Under the pieces are notes generated by a model. The model was not told where the DNA came from, ran no database searches, and worked only from the letters and a program-made list of their open reading frames with translations. From an uncultured Bacilli bacterium (lineage in GTDB: Bacteria > Bacillota_I > Bacilli_A > RF39 > UBA660): 40,354 nucleotides of DNA. The position numbers and the translations under genes are program-made. Every line of letters starts with the position of its first letter. The stretch's first letter is position 1. Positions 1-9,048 of the stretch are shown here, piece by piece. Where the stretch lies: positions 1 to 40,354 of the forward strand of contig CANQXV010000003.1 in NCBI GenBank assembly GCA_947627895.1, read 5' to 3'.

Positions 1-3
1 TTG

Positions 4-40
4 AAAAGAAAATCGCCCTGGTAGACGATTATCTTCTTTT
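4..40 (-). terminator. Rho-independent terminator downstream of ftsEX-M23 operon
   Basis: Minus strand reads AATCGTC-TACCAG-GGCGATT (7-bp stem with one G-U pair) followed by TTCTTTT; about 100 bp past the M23 stop. Confidence 0.55.
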
Positions 41-136
41 GCAATTTTTAGTCACTATGTCTTGACAAAAATCATTTTATCAGTTTGTTGATTAAATTTT
101 ATAAGTTTTTCAAAATAGTTTTTAGCTAATTAACTC

Positions 137-1342
137 TTAATCAAACCATTGGGTTCTGCTATAAAACCATGCCCCTTTAGTTTTAGGATATCCTGGAGGA
201 TTAATTAAATGGGCAACAAAGTTAGAATAACTTTGATATACTGTTTCCGACACCGAAACATGTAAGTGAGCCCCAGTTGTACATCTGTCATACCCTCCAT
301 GAAGAGTTGAGGTACTATATCCACCCGAGATTCCTATTTGGGTTTGTTGCGTTACTTTTTGCCCCTTTGATACACTTACACTTTTTAAATGAGCATATAA
401 TACGGTATAAGGTTTACCATCAATATAAGATTGAACATAAACTTGGTTACCACCACAATTAGTATGTAATATAGTAACAACTGTTCCATTAGTAGAAGAT
501 AAAACTGTTGTTCCTTCACTTACCCCAATATCAATCCCACTATGGTTGCTTGATACATTAGCATTACCTTGTCTATAACCAAATAAACTAACGATATAAC
601 CTTTAGGTACCGGTTTTAACCAACCCCCATTAGAACTAGTTCTGGCAATACAAGCTTCCAAAGTTTCATCTTCCCGACAACCCATTTGTTCATAGGTTTT
701 AATCGCATCCTTTTGAGATTGAATATCATCTTCAATTGATAAAGAGATATCAGCAAGTTCCAAAAGATCTGAATCTAATTCTTTAATTTTACTTTCATAA
801 GATGTAATATTACTATTAAGTTCATTTTCATATTTTTTTAAATCAACTTGGCGTTGTTCATTTTCTTTAATTAAATCTTCTAAAGTTACTAATTGTTCTT
901 GATTATAGGCAATTAATTGTTCGACCGCATCAATACGCATAATCATCTCCGTCATACTGGATGAGTCAGAAACAAATTCTAGGTAAGAGTTTTCCCCCAT
1001 CATAATTTGATAAAAACTCATTACTTCTTCGGTTTTAGCTTCATATTCTTTTATTTTTTCATTTGTTTCTTCAATACTTTGTTTGGCTTCTTCGATTTTT
1101 ACTTCCGACGCATCAATTTCTTTTTTAGCATTAGCAATATCATTATTTTTTTGAACTATTTCCGATTGCGTCCATTTTTTCTTATTATCATTATTTCTCT
1201 TTTGTTGTTCAAAAGCGGCTAAATCTTTTCTAAGGCCGGCCAAGGTATTGGCACTAGATACAGCTTTAACAGGGATTGGTGCCAAAGATATAAGCATACT
1301 TGCAATTAGGCCTATAAGGCCAATTTTACCTAACTTTTTCAT
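137..1342 (-). CDS. Secreted coiled-coil + M23 peptidoglycan endopeptidase (EnvC/CwlO-like FtsEX partner)
   Basis: N-terminal signal peptide, long coiled coil, C-terminal M23 motifs HSGID, YAHL and HLH; overlaps the ftsX stop by 4 bp. Confidence 0.85.
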   Translation of the reverse strand: MKKLGKIGLIGLIASMLISLAPIPVKAVSSANTLAGLRKDLAAFEQQKRNNDNKKKWTQSEIVQKNNDIANAKKEIDASEVKIEEAKQSIEETNEKIKEYEAKTEEVMSFYQIMMGENSYLEFVSDSSSMTEMIMRIDAVEQLIAYNQEQLVTLEDLIKENEQRQVDLKKYENELNSNITSYESKIKELDSDLLELADISLSIEDDIQSQKDAIKTYEQMGCREDETLEACIARTSSNGGWLKPVPKGYIVSLFGYRQGNANVSSNHSGIDIGVSEGTTVLSSTNGTVVTILHTNCGGNQVYVQSYIDGKPYTVLYAHLKSVSVSKGQKVTQQTQIGISGGYSTSTLHGGYDRCTTGAHLHVSVSETVYQSYSNFVAHLINPPGYPKTKGAWFYSRTQWFD

Positions 1343-2232
1343 ATCTTCAAGTACTTCCTTACAGCTTTTAGACTACCAAACATACCAACTAAAGCCCCAA
1401 TTACCACTAAAACTAGAGCCACTAAGAACACAAAATTATATGGTTCTATTAAAATAATTAAATTTGTGAATAATTGACCTCCCATTTTGGTAAATAAAAT
1501 AACATAACCATAAATGGTAATACAAACTGGGATAATTGAACCAATAATACCAATAACAAAACCTTCAATTAAGAATGGTAATTTGATTGAAGCATTACTT
1601 GCTCCCACTAACCGCATAATTTCGATTTCATTTCTGCGACTAAAGATGGTTAATTTAATCGTATTACTAATTAAGAAAGCTGTAACTAAAATTAGGGCAA
1701 CAACGGCAACAATTACAACTTTTTCAACAACATCGAAAGTGGAAACAACTGTTTCGACCATTCCTTCCCCATATTTAACTGTTTCGACGCCATCAATTGA
1801 TTTAATATATTCGGCCGTATCATGCATTTCTTCTAGATCATAAACTTTAATAATGAACGAATCTAATAAAGGATTTTCCCCAATATAATTTAAAACCGTA
1901 TCAAAAGTTTGGCTATATTCAGCCATTTCTAATTTCCATTCATCTTTACTTTTAAAAGTATATTCTTGAACATTACTTTCTGAGGCAATATCACTTTTAA
2001 TGTTATCAATTTTTTCGGTTGTTACATCTTTATTTAGATAAACAACAATACTTAATTCATCTTCAATTAATTTTGTAGCATTTTCAATATTGGCAGCACA
2101 TACAATCGCTACTGCAACTAAAATTAAAGTAATAGTCGTACACATAATAGAAGCAAAACTTAAACTAAAATTCCGACCTATACTTTTAAAAGCATCGCGA
2201 AAGCTTCTGCCTATTATTCTAATTACCCTCAT
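1339..2232 (-). CDS. ftsX: Cell division permease FtsX
   Basis: 4 TM segments, NPLLDS loop, ISNTIKLTIFSRRNEIEIMRLVGA motif, follows ftsE. Start moved from 2256 to the ATG at 2232 (MRVIRIIG). Confidence 0.93.
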   Translation of the reverse strand: MRVIRIIGRSFRDAFKSIGRNFSLSFASIMCTTITLILVAVAIVCAANIENATKLIEDELSIVVYLNKDVTTEKIDNIKSDIASESNVQEYTFKSKDEWKLEMAEYSQTFDTVLNYIGENPLLDSFIIKVYDLEEMHDTAEYIKSIDGVETVKYGEGMVETVVSTFDVVEKVVIVAVVALILVTAFLISNTIKLTIFSRRNEIEIMRLVGASNASIKLPFLIEGFVIGIIGSIIPVCITIYGYVILFTKMGGQLFTNLIILIEPYNFVFLVALVLVVIGALVGMFGSLKAVRKYLKI

Positions 2233-2920
2233 GAGCCTTATATCTTCCTTTCGCATAATCGCCCGCTAGAACACCATGATCGATTAAAAGCACTCTTTTT
2301 TTCATTCTATTAACGATATCCTTATCATGCGTTGCCATAATAATCGTGGTTTTTAAATCTTTGTTGATACTATCTATAACATCCATTATTTCTTTACTAG
2401 TTTCGGGGTCTAAGTTTCCCGTTGGTTCATCACAAATAAGAAGTTTTGGTTCATTAACTATGGCTCGGGCAATACAAACCCGTTGTTGTTCCCCACCAGA
2501 TAATTCATTAGGAAAAGATCGCACTTTATCTTTTAAGCCTACTCTTTCTAAAGCATTCATTACTTTAGGCCTTATTTCTTTTTCTTTTAACCCAACACAT
2601 TCTAAAGCAAAAGCCACATTTTCATAAACCGTTAATTTAGGTAATAACTTAAAGTCTTGAAATACAATGCCTATTTTACGTCTTAATTTATAAACGCGAC
2701 CATTACGAATTTTTCCAACATTTAAGCCGCCAACAGTAACAGTACCACTAGTAGGTTTTTCTTCCCGATATAACATTTTAATAAATGTTGATTTTCCACT
2801 GGCAGTTAAACCAATTACAAAAACAAATTCGCCTTTTTCTATTTCCACTGACATATCCGCTAGAGCAGTTACGCCATTTTTATATATTTTATTAACATTT
2901 TTTAACTCAATAAACTTCAT
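2219..2920 (-). CDS. ftsE: Cell division ABC ATPase FtsE
   Basis: Walker A GLTASGKST, IGIVFQDFKLL, LSGGEQQRV, DEPTGNLDP; AGGAGG RBS. Confidence 0.95.
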   Translation of the reverse strand: MKFIELKNVNKIYKNGVTALADMSVEIEKGEFVFVIGLTASGKSTFIKMLYREEKPTSGTVTVGGLNVGKIRNGRVYKLRRKIGIVFQDFKLLPKLTVYENVAFALECVGLKEKEIRPKVMNALERVGLKDKVRSFPNELSGGEQQRVCIARAIVNEPKLLICDEPTGNLDPETSKEIMDVIDSINKDLKTTIIMATHDKDIVNRMKKRVLLIDHGVLAGDYAKGRYKAHEGN

Positions 2921-2950
2921 TTTACCTCCTAGGATAATTATACCATTATC

Positions 2951-3832
2951 TCAATCCTCAATAAATGGTAAATTTGACCTTTTGACTCCACCATTAACCT
3001 CATAACAATTTTCAATGACAAAAAAAGCATTCGGATCTATTTCTAAAATACGCGTTTTAAACTTATAATAATCTCTATTAGAGGCCACCACCATTAACAA
3101 ACTACTTCTAGTATGGGAATATCCACCTTTAGTTGGTAAAACCGTGAATCCCGTTTGAAATTCATCAAAAATAATTTTTTTAATTTGTTTTGGTTTTCTC
3201 GTAAAAATATAAAATACTTTACTATCCGAAATACCATATAATATTCTTTCTAAGAAAAGGGTACTAATTAACATAATAATTAAAGAATAAATCCCATGTT
3301 CAATTGTAAAAATATAAGTACAACAAATAATAACAATTACATTAACAAATAATAATCCTTTAGATTCGGGTATTTTTAAATATTTATTCATAAGTTGCAT
3401 TAATACATCATTACCACCCGTTGTATAACCACTTTTATAAATTAAACCATTACTAATCCCATAAAGAATAGCTGTTAAAACCACGGTTAATATTAATTCT
3501 GTAAACTGAAAATGGACAAGCAATACTTGAGCAATAGGGTAAGTAAATGTGATCATCACGGGATATAAAATACTTCCTAAAATTGTTTTTTTAGTAATAT
3601 TCCAACCTAAAAATATAAAACTTATCACAATTAAAACCGCATTAGAAATATAGATAAAAAGGGTTGAATCAAAACCTGTAACCTCATGAACTAGTATTGC
3701 AATCCCACTCATGCCAGCGAAAGCAAAATTATTAGGCACTAAAAACAAATTGTAGTTTAAAGCGAGCAAAAAGACTCCCAAAACAAACATAAGGCCTTGG
3801 ATAATTATTTTTCGGTTGCTTATTTCCTTCAT
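2951..3832 (-). CDS. YitT family membrane protein (DUF2179 C-terminus)
   Basis: GMSGIA and GYTTGGND repeats, multiple TMs, C-terminal GFT...KGGYS...IDPNAF...EVNG motif. Confidence 0.85.
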   Translation of the reverse strand: MKEISNRKIIIQGLMFVLGVFLLALNYNLFLVPNNFAFAGMSGIAILVHEVTGFDSTLFIYISNAVLIVISFIFLGWNITKKTILGSILYPVMITFTYPIAQVLLVHFQFTELILTVVLTAILYGISNGLIYKSGYTTGGNDVLMQLMNKYLKIPESKGLLFVNVIVIICCTYIFTIEHGIYSLIIMLISTLFLERILYGISDSKVFYIFTRKPKQIKKIIFDEFQTGFTVLPTKGGYSHTRSSLLMVVASNRDYYKFKTRILEIDPNAFFVIENCYEVNGGVKRSNLPFIED

Positions 3833-3880
3833 ATCACACTACCGCCTTTATGATAATTATAAATGAAATTTAAAAATTTA

Positions 3881-3909
3881 GCAATTATTTAGCCAAAGTT
3901 ACATATATT
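3881..3909 (+). promoter_or_regulatory. Possible mother-cell sigma (sigmaE/sigmaK-type) promoter of gerQ
   Basis: CATATATT at 3902-3909 resembles the CATAcaxT -10 of sigmaE; the -35 (GCAATTA, 14 bp upstream) is a weak match; gerQ is sigmaE-dependent in B. subtilis. Confidence 0.35.
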
Positions 3910-3927
3910 TTACAGAGGTGAATTATT

Positions 3928-4287
3928 TTGAATGGCAGTTTTTACCAAAATCCAACTTTTCCTAATTCCATGAACTTTGAAACTCCACCCGGAAATATGC
4001 AAGTATCCGAAGTTAGTTCTTCCTTACCTATGGAACAAAGTTTTATTGAAAACATTTTAAGATTAAACAAAGGGAAAAAAGTTAAAGCTTATGTTTCTTA
4101 CCCGGATTCAAGTGCTTGGCAAAACAAAATTTATGAAGGGGTTATTGAGGAAGCAGGAAAAGATCATTTAATTATTCGCGACCCTTTAAATAATAATTGG
4201 TATTTAATTAGAATCATTTATTTAAACTATGTTGAATTTATGGAACCAATAGTTTATTCCCATAGTTATTCGGAAAAAACATATTAA
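3928..4287 (+). CDS. gerQ: Spore coat protein GerQ (short form)
   Basis: EQSFIENILRLNKGK...YEGVIEEAGKDHLIIRDP...IYLNYVEF matches the conserved GerQ core; TTG start with GAGGTG RBS. Confidence 0.9.
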   Translation: MNGSFYQNPTFPNSMNFETPPGNMQVSEVSSSLPMEQSFIENILRLNKGKKVKAYVSYPDSSAWQNKIYEGVIEEAGKDHLIIRDPLNNNWYLIRIIYLNYVEFMEPIVYSHSYSEKTY

Positions 4288-4311
4288 AAAAGCCACCTAA
4301 AGTGGTTTTTT
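4286..4311. terminator. Bidirectional terminator between gerQ and the convergent ATPase gene
   Basis: AAAAAAGCCAC-CTAAA-GTGGTTTTTT hairpin with A/T tracts on both sides. Confidence 0.8.
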
Positions 4312-4316
4312 GCTAG

Positions 4317-5522
4317 TTAGAAATCTTCACTTAAAAGAAAATCAATTAAATTTAAGTGTTTAATACCTTCTTGGGATAAATCTATTTTATCTAAAGAAAT
4401 AACATATTTAGGATAACTATCATTAATAGTTTTGTAAGCGCCAAATTCTCTAGTTAATGCATCTTCATTCCCAGCTATTTCATAAGTTACTTGAATATAT
4501 TTAACAAATCCATCCTTTTTAGCTAAAAAATCAACTTCTCCCGTTTTAGTTTTACCAATATATACTTCATATCCTCGGTAAATTAATTCATTATAAACAA
4601 TATTTTCTAAAACAATATAATTTTTAAATTCCGAATTATTATTTTTAATTTGGGCAATTCCTAAATCCGTAACATAATATTTATTTAAAGTTTTTAAAAT
4701 ACTTTTACCGACTATATCATAACGATATACTTTTTTTAAAATTAAAGCCTTACACAAAGCATCAATATAAGTATATAAAGTTTCATTTGATATTTTTTTA
4801 TTTTTTTGATTTAAATATTTAATAATATTTTCGGCCGAAAATTCGCGGCCAGCTGTCGAAATTAAATATTGTAATATCATATCGAATAAAACAGTATCTT
4901 TTAAATTTAATCTTTTTACAACATCTCTTAAGATAATAGAATCATAAACACTATGCAGATAGTTTTTAATATCCGCTTCATTAGTAAATTCGCATCTATT
5001 AGGAAGGCCTCCCCATTTAGCGTAATCCCAAAAGGTAGTTAAATCTTCCCCATTTTTACCTGCCAATGCCACATATTCTTTATATGACAAAGGATTAATA
5101 TTAAATAAAACATATCTTCCTGATAAAACAGTTGATAATTCATCAGATAACATTTTACTATTAGAACCCGTTAAAAAAATACTTATATTTTTTATTGAAG
5201 CTTGTAAGGAATTAATAACTTTTTCAAAATTATCCACATTTTGAACCTCATCTAAAAATAAATAATAAATTTTCGTATCTTTAATCTTATCTTTAACATA
5301 ACTATTTAATTTTTTATAATCTAATAATTCTTCAAATTCAATAAATTCAAAATTAATAACGATAATATGGTCACTTGCTATTCTTTTTTTCTTTTTTAAT
5401 TCTTCAATAATTTGATTTAAGATAACTGATTTGCCACATCTTCTTATTCCTACCAAAATTTTGATTAAATTGGAATCATAAAACCCTCTTATTTTAGATA
5501 AATAATTTTCTCTAATAAGCAT
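4317..5522 (-). CDS. AAA+ ATPase, AAA_14 + DUF4143 (C-terminal PD-(D/E)XK-like) family, copy 1
   Basis: GIRRCGKS Walker A, LFLDEVQ Walker B, TGSNS, LSGRY, GGLP, KYYVTDLG, LENIVY, EVDF...YIQV. Confidence 0.9.
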   Translation of the reverse strand: MLIRENYLSKIRGFYDSNLIKILVGIRRCGKSVILNQIIEELKKKKRIASDHIIVINFEFIEFEELLDYKKLNSYVKDKIKDTKIYYLFLDEVQNVDNFEKVINSLQASIKNISIFLTGSNSKMLSDELSTVLSGRYVLFNINPLSYKEYVALAGKNGEDLTTFWDYAKWGGLPNRCEFTNEADIKNYLHSVYDSIILRDVVKRLNLKDTVLFDMILQYLISTAGREFSAENIIKYLNQKNKKISNETLYTYIDALCKALILKKVYRYDIVGKSILKTLNKYYVTDLGIAQIKNNNSEFKNYIVLENIVYNELIYRGYEVYIGKTKTGEVDFLAKKDGFVKYIQVTYEIAGNEDALTREFGAYKTINDSYPKYVISLDKIDLSQEGIKHLNLIDFLLSEDF

Positions 5523-5542
5523 GTTATCACCCTCTTAATAAC

Positions 5543-5571
5543 ATTATAAAACATTTGTGGTTCTTTGTAAA
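5543..5571 (-). promoter_or_regulatory. SigmaA promoter of ATPase copy 1
   Basis: TTTACA (5571-5566), 17-bp spacer, TATAAT (5548-5543). Confidence 0.7.
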
Positions 5572-5598
5572 GTTATTACGATAGGGTGTAATAACTTT
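5569..5598. repeat. 11-bp perfect inverted repeat (operator or terminator) abutting the ATPase -35
   Basis: AAAGTTATTAC-N8-GTAATAACTTT. Confidence 0.75.
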
Positions 5599-5600
5599 TT

Positions 5601-6098
5601 TTAATAATATAATTCAAATCTTGGTTTTTCTTCGCCTAAAGTTGTAGATTTTCCATGTCCTGGATAAACCGTTATATCATCGGGATAAGTTTTAATTTTT
5701 TCAAGACTTTCTTGCATTTCTTTATCGTCTCCGGTTTCTAAATCTGTTCTCCCAATAGAATGGTAGAATAAAAAGTCTCCACTAAATAAAACTTTTTCGG
5801 AAGGAAAATAATAACTTAGGGAATCACTCGTATGGCCAGGTGTTTTAATAATTTCAAAATCAAAACCAGGAACCATAGTACTTTCCTTAATTCCAAAATG
5901 TTTTTCAATTTGTTTTAAGGCGGTAACATGATCAAAATGATGATGAGTTATCAGAACTCCTACCACCTTTTTATTTTCGCAGGCCGCGATTATTTTTTCT
6001 CCTTCATCCCCAGGGTCAATAATTATTGTTTTATCATTACAAGTTACTAAGTAACAGTTGGTTGCAAGAGCCCCAACCACAATTCTTTCTATTTGCAT
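5601..6098 (-). CDS. MBL-fold metallo-hydrolase (glyoxalase II-like, YqgX/YcbL type)
   Basis: TNCY, IDPG, THHHFDH, TPGHT, FSGDFLF..SIGRTDL, VYPGHG motifs. Confidence 0.88.
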   Translation of the reverse strand: MQIERIVVGALATNCYLVTCNDKTIIIDPGDEGEKIIAACENKKVVGVLITHHHFDHVTALKQIEKHFGIKESTMVPGFDFEIIKTPGHTSDSLSYYFPSEKVLFSGDFLFYHSIGRTDLETGDDKEMQESLEKIKTYPDDITVYPGHGKSTTLGEEKPRFELYY

Positions 6099-6105
6099 AA
6101 ATCAC

Positions 6106-7482
6106 CTAAAACCTAAAGTAAATAAAAGGATTATAAGAACCAATTATTATTTCTAAAAGAGATAAAACAAACAAAATACCTAGAAAAACATCAGTTAAAC
6201 GCGGATACTTTTTTCTTAATTTTTGTCCTAAAGGAACTACCATAAAAATAGTTAAAATAAGAGCTAGATATGTACTAAAAGTAAAAGCATTAATATAGAT
6301 TAAAAGATTAATATTACCGAAACCAAAACCACCAAACATGGCCTTAAAAATTGTTGATATTTCGGTGAATGTCAAACTTCTAAATAAAACCCAACCAAAG
6401 ATAATGATAATTATAGCATATAAGTGTTGGCAAAAACGCGGTAATTTTTCTAAATATTTTTTTAAAAATAATTTTTCAATAATTAAAATAACCCCATAAT
6501 AAAGACCCCATAGTAAGAAATTAACACTAGCCCCATGCCAAAGACCCGTTAAAGCCCAAACGATTAAAAGGTTAAGAATAAGTCTTGGCGTTTTGACACG
6601 GTTACCTCCCAGAGGAATATAAACATAATCTTTAAAGAAACTGCTTAAGGATATGTGCCAACGGCGCCAGAAATCCGTAATACTTGTCGCAATATAAGGA
6701 TAGTTAAAGTTTTCTAAATAATGGAAACCTAACATTCGGCCAATTCCAATCGCCATATCAGAATAGCCTGAAAAATCAAAAAGAATTTGTAAACTATAAC
6801 AAATCATGGCTATCCAGGAACCAACAAAGCCATAAACACTAGCACTTTGGCTTAAGATTTCGGTTGCAATTAAACCCATAACATTAGCAATTAAGATTTT
6901 TTTAGCTAACCCGACAATAAATCTTCTAACACCAATGGTAAAATCCGTCATGTTTTCTTTACGATTATCTAGTTCATCTTCAATTGTTGCATACCGAACA
7001 ATAGGTCCCGCGATTAACTGAGGAAAAGCAATAATATAGCAACCTAAATAAATAATATTTTTTTGCACCCCTACTTTATCTCGATAAACATCAATAACAT
7101 AAGATAACATTTGGAAAGTATAAAAACTAATACCAATTGGTAACACAATACTCGGAATAGGAATATGTAAATTAGTTATAGTATTAAAACTACTAACTAA
7201 AAATGGAACATATTTAAAAATAATTAAAATTGCAATATCAAATACTAATGTTAAGATAAAGATAAACTTACTTTTATTTTTAGCAATTAACTTCGTTAAA
7301 AAAAAGTTAACAAAGATGGAAAATAAAACTAAGAAAACATATAAAGGTTCTCCCCAAGCATAGAAAAATAAACTAAAAAGAAATAAAACAATATTCCGAC
7401 TTTTTCTCTTTTTACAAACAAAGTAAGTTAGTAAAAATAAAGGGAAGAAAACAAATAAGAAAATTAAACTTGTAAATTCCAT
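6106..7482 (-). CDS. MBOAT O-acyltransferase (AlgI/PatA/DltB-like)
   Basis: LPIGISFYTFQ, FPQLIAGPIVRY, DFSGYSDMAIG, FWRRWHISLS, GLWHGA, C-terminal NPFIYFRF. Confidence 0.93.
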   Translation of the reverse strand: MEFTSLIFLFVFFPLFLLTYFVCKKRKSRNIVLFLFSLFFYAWGEPLYVFLVLFSIFVNFFLTKLIAKNKSKFIFILTLVFDIAILIIFKYVPFLVSSFNTITNLHIPIPSIVLPIGISFYTFQMLSYVIDVYRDKVGVQKNIIYLGCYIIAFPQLIAGPIVRYATIEDELDNRKENMTDFTIGVRRFIVGLAKKILIANVMGLIATEILSQSASVYGFVGSWIAMICYSLQILFDFSGYSDMAIGIGRMLGFHYLENFNYPYIATSITDFWRRWHISLSSFFKDYVYIPLGGNRVKTPRLILNLLIVWALTGLWHGASVNFLLWGLYYGVILIIEKLFLKKYLEKLPRFCQHLYAIIIIIFGWVLFRSLTFTEISTIFKAMFGGFGFGNINLLIYINAFTFSTYLALILTIFMVVPLGQKLRKKYPRLTDVFLGILFVLSLLEIIIGSYNPFIYFRF

Positions 7483-8651
7483 TAGATACCTCCGAGACTA
7501 GCCACATACCCATAATCATAATTATCAAAAATTGTCGTTTGGGTTTCCATTAATACCAATACTTTAGTAATATTATTTTCTTGAAGATAATTTTTTAAAT
7601 TCATTTTTTCAATATATTTAGGATTTAAAACATAAGTTTTAGCAAAGTTTTGGGCCAATAAATAATCTATTTGCCAAGCATAGGAATCACCTAAAATAAA
7701 TAAATTATCTTCCCCCGTACCTTCATAAGTAACTTCACTGTAAAGACCATTATAGTAACCAACATATTGGTCATAAAATAAGCCTTTATCTGTTTTTATT
7801 TTTCGGGGTTTAAAATTAGTAGGGCTTGCCGCGCCTTCTACTGTTGCTTTCAATGTAATATCTTCATCAATAAAAGTAAAGTAATCAGTGGTTTTCGCAT
7901 CAGCCACCATTTTGCCAATAGAACCCCGATATAAAATATCTGAGGTTACCGCTTGATACACCTCACAATCAAGATTAAGCATTTGGCAAATATCATTATA
8001 TCCTTGCAAAGCTCCATAAGCATTCCAATGATGATCAGTATGATAAAACAATTTTTGGTATTCATCTCTTTCTTTTACTTTTAATTCGCCAACTGTAACA
8101 TTATCTAATTTAGCTAAAAACTCTTGCTTTAAATCCGCCATATTGCGTATGGTAACTGCATCATTAAAATCTTGAAACTCATACCTACTTGGTAAATAAA
8201 TATAAAGGTCTACTATTTTACCTAAGTTATTATAAAACAAAATATTTTCATTCATTTTACTATTTATATAATCATCATTTTGATTAGTTTGTAAAATATA
8301 AAAACCATCTTTATTTTGGAAAATATATTCCCCATCACTATTAGTACCTAAAGACTTAAATTCATTATTATATAAATTAAAACTATTTTTTAATGGTCTA
8401 TAACTACCATTAACCTCACTATATAAAAATAAATAATTACTTAATTTATTATTAATATTATTTTTAATATTTGTGGTTTTATTATTAAGTTTTGTTAAGA
8501 TATTTCCTTCTTCCGAAATAACCGTATAAATATTACTAAATTCTGGCGTAATTATTCCTTTTTGAATTAAAACAAACATCACGGGATACATTACTAAAAA
8601 AAGAAATAAAACTCCAATAAAAAAATAAGTAATAAAGTTTTTATTTTTCAT
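7482..8651 (-). CDS. DHHW-family membrane-anchored SGNH-like O-acetyltransferase partner
   Basis: N-terminal TM, FYHTDHHWN and GDSY motifs; translationally coupled to the MBOAT gene. Confidence 0.8.
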   Translation of the reverse strand: MKNKNFITYFFIGVLFLFLVMYPVMFVLIQKGIITPEFSNIYTVISEEGNILTKLNNKTTNIKNNINNKLSNYLFLYSEVNGSYRPLKNSFNLYNNEFKSLGTNSDGEYIFQNKDGFYILQTNQNDDYINSKMNENILFYNNLGKIVDLYIYLPSRYEFQDFNDAVTIRNMADLKQEFLAKLDNVTVGELKVKERDEYQKLFYHTDHHWNAYGALQGYNDICQMLNLDCEVYQAVTSDILYRGSIGKMVADAKTTDYFTFIDEDITLKATVEGAASPTNFKPRKIKTDKGLFYDQYVGYYNGLYSEVTYEGTGEDNLFILGDSYAWQIDYLLAQNFAKTYVLNPKYIEKMNLKNYLQENNITKVLVLMETQTTIFDNYDYGYVASLGGI

Positions 8652-8704
8652 ATCTATTCTCCCTACTTATTAATTTTAACAAAATATTCCAATATTATCA
8701 CTAT

Positions 8705-8935
8705 TTAATTAAAAAAATTTTTAATATTGACCTCTAAAACATCCGCAATACGACCAAGTATTGCTAAACTAAAACTTTTGCGACGCTTTAAACTTTCAAT
8801 TTCGGCGAGATAATCCATTGACATTTCCGCTTCTTCCGATAATTTTTGCAATGTATATCCTTTTTGTTTACGATATTTTTTAATATTTTTACGGACAATA
8901 TCGTAGTAATATTCGTCATTATGTTTTAGGGCCAT
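8705..8935 (-). CDS. XRE-family HTH transcriptional regulator
   Basis: NIKKYRKQKGYTLQKLSE...YLAEIES...LGRIADVLEV pattern. Start set to ATG 8935 (AGGAG 9 nt upstream); ORF track gives 8944. Confidence 0.88.
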   Translation of the reverse strand: MALKHNDEYYYDIVRKNIKKYRKQKGYTLQKLSEEAEMSMDYLAEIESLKRRKSFSLAILGRIADVLEVNIKNFFN

Positions 8936-8990
8936 AAGTACCAACTCCTATTATTATTTTCTAATAAAAGCCAAAATTATTTTATGGGCT

Positions 8991-9027
8991 TATAGCACTA
9001 GATTTTATATTAATTTTATGCTATATT
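8991..9027 (+). promoter_or_regulatory. Putative promoter of the 691-aa gene with flanking 7-bp inverted repeat
   Basis: TAGATT-17-TATATT with extended TG; TATAGCA (8991-8997) and TGCTATA (9019-9025) form an inverted repeat. Confidence 0.45.
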
Positions 9028-9048
9028 GTTTATAAATAAGGTGAGCAT

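Noticed and set aside
8925-8995. Possible hairpin pairing the XRE start codon with upstream CCATAA
   Set aside because: Only about 6 contiguous bp in very AT-rich DNA.
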